Shown: positions 57,225 through 64,000 of the stretch, piece after piece
Layout of the letters: each line of letters starts with the position of its first letter
Numbering within the stretch: the first letter of the stretch is position 1
From: Pseudomonadota bacterium
Lineage (GTDB): Bacteria; Desulfobacterota; Desulfobacteria; Desulfobacterales; RPRI01
Reading direction: 5' to 3'
NCBI GenBank assembly: GCA_043825875.1
Contig: JBDRRF010000051.1
Location: 64,001-128,000, forward strand
Length of the DNA stretch: 64,000 nucleotides
Notes under the pieces: model-generated
Told to the model about the DNA's origin: nothing
Databases searched by the model: none
Seen by the model: the letters and a program-made list of their open reading frames with translations, nothing else
Program-made: the position numbers and the translations under genes

Positions 57225-59309
57225 ATGTACACATCGTTCTATAATCTATCTGCAAAGCCTTTTCAAATCAACACAGATCCCAGATTTCTTTGGCTTGGGG
57301 AAAAACACAAAGAAGCTTTGGCGGTCTTAAGGATTGGTTTAATAAACCAAAATGGTTTTCTGTTGCTAACAGGAGATGTTGGTACAGGCAAAACCACATT
57401 GGTCAATGCCTTATTAAAAAGTCTTGATAATAATGTTTTGGTTGCGAGTATCACCGACCCAAACCTCGACTTGATGGGCTTTCTCAATCATATCGCACGG
57501 TCTTTTAAAATCCCACAACGATTTGACAGAAAAGAAGACTTTCTCATTGATTTTAAAAATTTTTTAGAAAATACCTGCTTGAATAATGCTAAGCAGGTTT
57601 TACTAATCATTGATGAAGCTCATAAGTTATCAAAAGAGCTTTTAGAACAGGTTCGATTATTGTCGAACATTGAGATGCCGGAAAGAAAGCTTATCAACAT
57701 ATTTCTTGTTGGTCAAAATGAACTAAATCAAACGTTGATATCCAACAATTGTCGCGCCCTCCTGCAGCGAATCACCCAGAATTACAACATCAAGCCGTTA
57801 TCGGAGAATGAAACGCGGGAATACATCAAATACCGTTTAAAAGTAGCTGGAACGGAGTCGCACCTTTTCAGCTTAAAAGCCATCAATGAGATATACCGTT
57901 TTTCCGGCGGTTGTCCGCGTCTAATCAACACAATTTGTGATCGCGCTCTTTTAACAGGGTATGTGATGGGCCAAAAAATGATTACGCCAAACATCATTCT
58001 GGAATGCTCCAAGGAAGTCCTTCTACCTGGCGAAACGAAAATGCGTTCATTTTCCGATCTTTCGCAACCGTTAAGCCCAGAGAACCTGTCCTCATCCGTC
58101 GAGGAAGTCCTATTAACTGATGAAGCGGAATTAAGTCCATTTTCTGATCTTCCGCAACCATTAAGCCCAGAGAACCTGCCCTCATCCGTCGAGGAAGTCC
58201 AACTAACTGATGAAGCGGAATTGGGTTCATTTTCCGATCTTCCGCAACCATTAAGCCCAGAGAACCCGCCCTCACCTGTTGATGAAGTACTTCTACCTGA
58301 CGAAACGGAATATGGAAATATCGGCACTGTTTTTCAGCAAAACGGAAATATGGACCTTCCCTTAAAAGAGCCTGCAACTGTCTGTGAAGGCTTGAACACC
58401 GTAGGAAAAATTGAAGCTGAAGGCAGGTGGAACTCTGCTTTGAGACCTAAGATAAAGGAACTTATAAAAGGGGGTTTGACGGCGATTAACTTTTATGAAC
58501 CCAATAGAAGACGTTTGATATACGGGGTCATGGCTACCTCCTTAATCGTGCTTGCCACAGTCTTTTATTCACTTTTGTTTTCAGGATCAGACCATCAGGC
58601 GCCTATGCCACGCGAGCTTAACGATAGGGCACTGACTAAGGCCCTTCCTTCTGTTGCATCCGTCGGCAAACAGATGGTTGTCACCTCTCCCGAAAAGGAC
58701 ATTACGGCCAAGACCAATGGTGGAGCGAACCCTGGCAAACGATCTTCATTGGATCAGGCAAAGGTGGCGATAAAAGAAAATAAATTCAGTCGCGCAGGGG
58801 AACTTTTGGAAGAGGTCATGGCCCACCAAGAGGGCAATCAGCCAGAAATAAAAGCGCTGTATGTACAAGCATTAATAGGACAGGCGAGACTTCTGCCTGC
58901 CAAAGATACCGACCAAATTGAGAAACTACTTCGTAAAGCCGTTAAAAAAGATCCTCAAAATGCAATAGCATACTATGACCTTGGGAAGCTTTATGCTAAG
59001 AAGAAAGATTACCTCAAGGCCATCGAGGTTTACTCAAAGGCCGCTGAGCTAAATCCCGACTCGGCCAACACTTTATTTAATCTTGGCTTTAGCTATGCTG
59101 CTATCAAAAATTATGTGAATGCCGAAAAAATGTTTCTGCGTGTTAGTGAACTGAAACCCACCTATCTTGACAAAGCGATCTTTAATTTGGCTTTGGTCCA
59201 GTACAAGCAGGGTAAAAAGGAACAATGCCTTAAGAATCTTAAAAAGGCACTAGAAGTGAATCCTGCTAATCAAAGAGCGCGCAAATATTTGGAGCGGTTT
59301 TTAGCTTAA
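57225..59309 (+). CDS. ExeA/GspA-like AAA ATPase with 30-aa repeats, TM and C-terminal TPRs
   Basis: YNLSAKPF..DP, GDVGTGKTT, IIDEAH, GCPRLINTICD; TPR motifs. Confidence 0.9.
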   Translation: MYTSFYNLSAKPFQINTDPRFLWLGEKHKEALAVLRIGLINQNGFLLLTGDVGTGKTTLVNALLKSLDNNVLVASITDPNLDLMGFLNHIARSFKIPQRFDRKEDFLIDFKNFLENTCLNNAKQVLLIIDEAHKLSKELLEQVRLLSNIEMPERKLINIFLVGQNELNQTLISNNCRALLQRITQNYNIKPLSENETREYIKYRLKVAGTESHLFSLKAINEIYRFSGGCPRLINTICDRALLTGYVMGQKMITPNIILECSKEVLLPGETKMRSFSDLSQPLSPENLSSSVEEVLLTDEAELSPFSDLPQPLSPENLPSSVEEVQLTDEAELGSFSDLPQPLSPENPPSPVDEVLLPDETEYGNIGTVFQQNGNMDLPLKEPATVCEGLNTVGKIEAEGRWNSALRPKIKELIKGGLTAINFYEPNRRRLIYGVMATSLIVLATVFYSLLFSGSDHQAPMPRELNDRALTKALPSVASVGKQMVVTSPEKDITAKTNGGANPGKRSSLDQAKVAIKENKFSRAGELLEEVMAHQEGNQPEIKALYVQALIGQARLLPAKDTDQIEKLLRKAVKKDPQNAIAYYDLGKLYAKKKDYLKAIEVYSKAAELNPDSANTLFNLGFSYAAIKNYVNAEKMFLRVSELKPTYLDKAIFNLALVQYKQGKKEQCLKNLKKALEVNPANQRARKYLERFLA
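58011..58310 (+). repeat. Intragenic 90-bp tandem repeat (3 full units plus a partial)
   Basis: EEVLLTDEAELSPFSDLPQPLSPENLPSSV units at 90-nt spacing. Confidence 0.92.
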
Positions 59310-59323
59310 TCAGGAGCAAAACA

Positions 59324-59947
59324 ATGAGACCGACCGGATTGAAAAGAATTATTAAGAAATTATTCCTCATCATACTCATATGGATGCTTACTGGCTGTGC
59401 TTCCTCGCAAAAGCCATATACACCGCTCCCACCTCCCGCTACGCCAATAGTCGAGCCTGAGTTCCCACCTCCGACGGCGCCAATAGTCGTGCCTGAGCCC
59501 GCATCAGAGATTTCAAAAAAAATTCCCGCATCAAAAAAACCTGAGTCCTATATGCACAAAGTTCGCTGGCCTGGAGAAACAATTTCTGTAATTGCTAAAT
59601 GGTATACCGGCAGCCAAAGAAACTGGAAGCTTATAGTAAAGGCAAATCCCGGTTGTGATCCAAAACGGATGCACATTGGCGATAAAATATTAATACCCGC
59701 GGAGATCATAGAGAATAGAGAACCAATGCCACAAAAATATTTGAGAACCTCAGTACCTAAAAGGGGTGAGTTCTCCTCTTCTCGGGCAAAACCTGCAACA
59801 AAATCCGATAAAACAAAAGCCCTTGACTCTCCCGAAAAAGACCAAGGGATAGAAGAATCAGAGAAAATAGAACTATTTGAGCTTCAAGACACAGAAAAGT
59901 CTGTACCGGAATCAGACGAAATCGAGCTATTTGAGACTATAGAATAG
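59324..59947 (+). CDS. LysM domain lipoprotein
   Basis: Lipobox LTGC; HKVRWPGETISVIAKWYTG..W..I..ANP. Confidence 0.87.
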   Translation: MRPTGLKRIIKKLFLIILIWMLTGCASSQKPYTPLPPPATPIVEPEFPPPTAPIVVPEPASEISKKIPASKKPESYMHKVRWPGETISVIAKWYTGSQRNWKLIVKANPGCDPKRMHIGDKILIPAEIIENREPMPQKYLRTSVPKRGEFSSSRAKPATKSDKTKALDSPEKDQGIEESEKIELFELQDTEKSVPESDEIELFETIE

Positions 59948-60087
59948 AAGAAGTAACGTACATCAATTTACTATTTTCAAAGCCGATATTTCTGATATCC
60001 TTTTCGATAATTACACACTTTGGTAATTGCAACATAAGGGAGATATGGGACATATTAAATTTACAAACTTAATTATCGAAAACAAAT

Positions 60088-60229
60088 GAGCCACTTTCAA
60101 AACGTTTCAGTTTGGTCAAGGTCAAGGCGGGTGAAATTTTTAACCGCAGGAATACATGGAGTATTCCGAGGATTAAAATTTTAACCCAACGCAGAGATCG
60201 GCCAAAATGGGACGTTTTGAAACTGGCTC
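60088..60229 (+). mobile_element. 142-bp MITE-like element, copy 4 (AAAT target duplication)
   Basis: TIRs; AAAT on both flanks. Confidence 0.9.
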
Positions 60230-60400
60230 AAATAGTTGTTCTTTTTTGCATGTTTCCCGCCACGTATTTCAGCTTTGCTAACGGCTGTTAACGATAGATT
60301 CAGTCGGCGGGAAAGCGATTTCATTGTTACTCCTATCTCTCTGATTGCCCAATAGCAAAAAAGGCTGCGCACCTGAACAATTCCCCGGAACCTCCCGGCA
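60230..60400 (-). pseudogene. C-terminal HTH remnant of a REP-associated (Y1) transposase-like gene
   Basis: RSLFCYWAIREIG..LSRRLN.S..AVS resembles the C-termini of deltaproteobacterial Y1 transposases (recalled, not searched). Confidence 0.55.
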
Positions 60401-60433
60401 GCCTATACTTTCTCCTTTGAATATAGGTAATTC

Positions 60434-61255
60434 ATGGCAAATAACATAAAAAAACATGCCCGATATTTTCTACCTATTTTTATTTTAATTTTCACTTGTG
60501 GATTACTATCCTGTACATATTATTCCCGTCGTTTGATTTTTCAGCCTTACAAGATATATCCTATTCCGAAATTTTCCGATAGTGTAAAGCATTTGGATCG
60601 GTTCTGGATAAAAACGGAACAGGGCAATGTGGAAGGCTGGATTCTAAAAGGTGATGGTGTCAATGAGAAACAGCCCGGCCCTTCGGTAATTATAGCTCAT
60701 GGCAATCGTGAATTGATAGATTATTATTTGGATCGTGTCAAAGCATATCAACAGATGGGTTATACGGTGCTATTGGGTGAGTACCGTGGCTATGGCCGGA
60801 GTGCCGGATCACCGACAAGAGAAAGGATTGCCGCGGATTATAAGAAATTTTATGATTATCTAGCTTCACTTCCGTTTGTAGATAACAAGCGTATTGTTTT
60901 TCATGGGCGTTCACTGGGAGGCAGCGTTTTAAGTGAGCTTTCAAGAGAAAGAACTGCTGCTGCCATAATTGTGGAATCGTCATTTACATCGATAAAAGAT
61001 ATAAGCGGGGCTCCTGATTTTCTTATTTCAGATAACTATGACACAGTATCGGCTCTTTCTGACTATAAAGGCCCGGTTTTAATCATTCATGGAATTAAAG
61101 ACGATGTGATATCCGTAAAATATGCCCGTGAAATGAATAAAAGTATTCCGCAGGCCAAATTGATCCTTTATGAATTCGGACATAGCGATGGGCCACCGAA
61201 TTGGGAAAAGTACTGGCAGGATATCACTGAATTTCTACAAGCTATCTCAAAATAA
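60434..61255 (+). CDS. Alpha/beta hydrolase (probable lipoprotein)
   Basis: HGN, YRGYGRS, GRSLGG, HGIKDD. Confidence 0.9.
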   Translation: MANNIKKHARYFLPIFILIFTCGLLSCTYYSRRLIFQPYKIYPIPKFSDSVKHLDRFWIKTEQGNVEGWILKGDGVNEKQPGPSVIIAHGNRELIDYYLDRVKAYQQMGYTVLLGEYRGYGRSAGSPTRERIAADYKKFYDYLASLPFVDNKRIVFHGRSLGGSVLSELSRERTAAAIIVESSFTSIKDISGAPDFLISDNYDTVSALSDYKGPVLIIHGIKDDVISVKYAREMNKSIPQAKLILYEFGHSDGPPNWEKYWQDITEFLQAISK

Positions 61256-61375
61256 ATATAACATTCTGTAAACAGCAAGCCCTAAGATAATAATCCCGAT
61301 TATAAGCGATAGTATTAACTGATCAGTGCTGAATCTCATATTTGCCAATTCTTATACCAAATAGCCATCATACCG

Positions 61376-61453
61376 TGTCATTCCGAACGTATGTGAGGAA
61401 TCTTAACATTGATTTTACTGAATCTAAGATTTCTCACTTTGTTCGAAATGACA
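61376..61453. repeat. TGTCATTCCGAAC...GTTCGAAATGACA REP-like palindrome
   Basis: Near-identical ends to 26111-26191. Confidence 0.85.
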
Positions 61454-61466
61454 AATGAGTTTTTAT

Positions 61467-61553
61467 TCCTTGAACCATGAACCGTGAACCGTGAACTTTG
61501 AACCCTTCCCCTTGCACCTTAAACCGTGAACTGTGAACCGTAAACCGTGAACT
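61467..61553 (-). repeat. 7-bp tandem repeat (TGAACCG family), about 12 units
   Basis: Reverse complement of the 4511-4674 family; directly after the lysC stop. Confidence 0.9.
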
Positions 61554-61560
61554 TTTCCTA

Positions 61561-62778
61561 TCATTCCCTATCCAACCCGAATTCCGCATGAAGAACACGA
61601 ACCGCAAGCTCGGCATATTTTTCTTCTATGAGACATGATATTCTGATTTCGGAAGTACTTATCAGAAGTACATTTATATTTTCTCTTGCAAGAACCGAAA
61701 ACATTCTTGCGGCTACACCGGAATGGTTCTTCATTCCAACACCTATTACAGAAACCTTGGCAACATTTTCATCAACTAATACAGCTTCGGCACCTATTTC
61801 ACTTGCAACTTTATTTTCAATCTCTACTGCCTTTTTAAAATCCGATTTGGGAACTGTAAATGTAAGATCAGTCAATTTTGCAGCACGGGTATTTTGTATT
61901 ATCATATCTACAAGTATCCCGGCATCAGCAATCGGAGAAAATATTTTTGCGGCTATACCCGGCTGATCGGGAACTTTTTTCAAAGTAATACGAGCTTCGT
62001 TTTTGCTGTGTGTAACACCGGATACGACAAGTCTTTCCATATCCGCAGATTCATTTACTACCATAGTTCCCTCCTCAAATGAAAATGATGATCTAAGATG
62101 TATAGGCACATCATATTTTTTGGCAAATTCAACGGATCTGATCTGTAAAACCTTTGCCCCAAGGCTAGACATTTCAAGCATCTCGTCATAGGATATCTTA
62201 TCAAGTTTTCTGGCCTTTTTGCATATATTGGGATCAGCAGTATATATTCCATCAACATCGGTATATATTTCGCACATATCGGCTTTAATCGCTGCAGCTA
62301 TAGCTACGGCTGTTGTATCCGAGCCTCCGCGCCCAAGAGTTGTCAGATTTCCATAAGAATCTATACCCTGAAAACCTGCAACTACTACTATCATTTTCTG
62401 ACCAAGATATTTATTGATATTATCAACATCGATTCCGGCGATTCTGGCGCTTCCAAAATCGCTGCTGGTCTTAATTTTAATTTGATGGCCGAGAAGTGAT
62501 ACGGCAGGGTAGTTCATACCCTTTAACATCATGGCAAGAATAGCAACCGTTGTTTGTTCTCCCGTGTTAAGAAGAACATCAAGCTCACGTTTATCAGGAG
62601 AATAAGAGGCCTGATTCGCCAGATTAATAAGATTGTCGGTAACCCCTGACATCGCTGAAAGGATTACTACTACGTCGTTTTTTCCATCAAAGGTCTTTGA
62701 TACGCGCATCGCCACATTGCGTATACGTTCAATATCACCTACCGATGTTCCACCATATTTTTGTACAATTAAACTCAT
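61561..62778 (-). CDS. lysC: Aspartate kinase
   Basis: KYGGTSV, TTLGRGGSD, YTDVDG, two ACT domains, STSEI. Confidence 0.97.
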   Translation of the reverse strand: MSLIVQKYGGTSVGDIERIRNVAMRVSKTFDGKNDVVVILSAMSGVTDNLINLANQASYSPDKRELDVLLNTGEQTTVAILAMMLKGMNYPAVSLLGHQIKIKTSSDFGSARIAGIDVDNINKYLGQKMIVVVAGFQGIDSYGNLTTLGRGGSDTTAVAIAAAIKADMCEIYTDVDGIYTADPNICKKARKLDKISYDEMLEMSSLGAKVLQIRSVEFAKKYDVPIHLRSSFSFEEGTMVVNESADMERLVVSGVTHSKNEARITLKKVPDQPGIAAKIFSPIADAGILVDMIIQNTRAAKLTDLTFTVPKSDFKKAVEIENKVASEIGAEAVLVDENVAKVSVIGVGMKNHSGVAARMFSVLARENINVLLISTSEIRISCLIEEKYAELAVRVLHAEFGLDRE

Positions 62779-62785
62779 TTTATCC

Positions 62786-63265
62786 TCATAAATCGTTTAT
62801 AAGACCGGCGGCATCACCTCCGTGGGCGGTTATATGAATTTTTCTTATATCATCGCCCGTTATTTCAAAGTGAATTGCCAAATATTTATCCAGAAAATCA
62901 TTTTTTAATAAGTCGGGCCATTCAATAGCAAAAACTCCGAATCTGTCAAGTATTTCATAAAGCCCTGTATCAAAAATATCGTCTTCATCTGCTAAGCGGT
63001 ATAAATCAATATGAAAAAGGGGGATACGCCCCGGATATTCATGAATTATAGAGTAAGTCGGGCTTGTAATATAAAATTTATCCGGAACTTCAAGTCCTTT
63101 GGCAAAACCCTGAACAAAAGATGTTTTTCCGCTACCAAGCTCTCCTGTCAATGCAAGTATGATTTTATCTTTAATTTTTTTGCCTATTGTTTCTCCCAGA
63201 TTTTGAGTTTCCTCACAGGAATTTGTAATAGTATCTGCAATCAGATTATCACCGTTCATGTTCAT
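62786..63265 (-). CDS. tsaE: tRNA threonylcarbamoyladenosine biosynthesis ATPase
   Basis: GELGSGKT, TSPTY, HIDLYRL, IEW. Confidence 0.95.
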   Translation of the reverse strand: MNMNGDNLIADTITNSCEETQNLGETIGKKIKDKIILALTGELGSGKTSFVQGFAKGLEVPDKFYITSPTYSIIHEYPGRIPLFHIDLYRLADEDDIFDTGLYEILDRFGVFAIEWPDLLKNDFLDKYLAIHFEITGDDIRKIHITAHGGDAAGLINDL

Positions 63266-63290
63266 ACTGTAGCCTTTTTCATAAATCTTC

Positions 63291-64000
63291 TTAAATTCCT
63301 TTAGTATGAACTCCTATTTGTTCGGGTAGTATTTTTAACATATCGGATGCGATATAACCAAAAGGCCCCATGCTTTCAAAAAGAGCATCTCCGGTAGCCC
63401 CGTGAAGATAAACACCCAACTTTACAGCATCTTTAGCCGAATAATTCTGGGCTAAAAAGCCTGTAATAATACCGGTTAAAATATCTCCCATTCCACCGGA
63501 TGCCATACCCGAATTTCCGGTTGAATTTATAAAAACTCTGCCATCCGGATGTGCAATTACAGTTCCGGCTCCTTTTAATACCAGATGAACGTTAAACTCT
63601 GTAGCAAATTCGCGGGCACAGGCAACCCTGTTTTTCTGAATCTGTGAAACGGTTTTACCTGTGAGTCTTGACATCTCCCCTGGATGAGGAGTTAAAACAA
63701 CCGGAGTCTTAAGTTTTTTAAGTACAGATGTTTCTTTGGCAAGAAGATTAAGAGCGTCCGCATCAATAACAACCGGAACCTCTATTTCATGAAGTAATCT
63801 GATAACAAGTTTTTTGGTAGAAGGATCGGTTCCAAGACCAGGGCCGATAGCAATACATTTCTTACCGGAAATATTGTGCATAACTGCATCAAAGGATGAT
63901 TCGGAAAGAAATCCCTCGGAATTCTCCGAAAGGGCACAGGACATAACTTCAAGAGTTGTGGATTCAATTGCACTATGAAGGCTTTTGGGTACACCGAGAG
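63291..64000 (-). CDS. nnr: NAD(P)H-hydrate dehydratase (Nnr, C-terminal part; continues beyond the window)
   Basis: GPGLG, DADAL, TPHPGEM, LKGAGT, GGMGDIL. Confidence 0.93.
   Translation of the reverse strand, partial: LGVPKSLHSAIESTTLEVMSCALSENSEGFLSESSFDAVMHNISGKKCIAIGPGLGTDPSTKKLVIRLLHEIEVPVVIDADALNLLAKETSVLKKLKTPVVLTPHPGEMSRLTGKTVSQIQKNRVACAREFATEFNVHLVLKGAGTVIAHPDGRVFINSTGNSGMASGGMGDILTGIITGFLAQNYSAKDAVKLGVYLHGATGDALFESMGPFGYIASDMLKILPEQIGVHTKGI

Noticed and set aside
1..64000. Integron integrase, intact transposase, prophage, tRNA or rRNA genes
   Set aside because: No ORF with tyrosine-recombinase, DDE or phage structural motifs and no recognisable structural RNA seen by eye; a covariance search was not possible.

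Overview
AT-rich bacterial chromosome segment, most likely from a sulfate-reducing deltaproteobacterium (Desulfobacterales-like; inferred from gene content). Core blocks: an Hdr/Mvh electron-transfer cluster with a UGA/SECIS-recoded HdrA (selA is also in the window), pfkA-MFS-lemA-TPM, alaS-recA-thpR-DUF39-M23-split purH-gmhA-selA, rfbB-pyrF and lysC-tsaE-nnr. Two accessory tracts (about 9.4-20.4 kb and 50.6-56.7 kb) consist of short unrelated genes, all on the minus strand, separated by attC-like hairpins. They look like integron cassette arrays with no integrase in the window. They share a 35-bp attI-like motif, several core sites carry point changes, small mobile elements sit inside two attC sites, and there are decayed toxin-antitoxin genes. 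At least four families of small intergenic repeats are dispersed through the window. All calls come from reading the sequence; no database searches were run.
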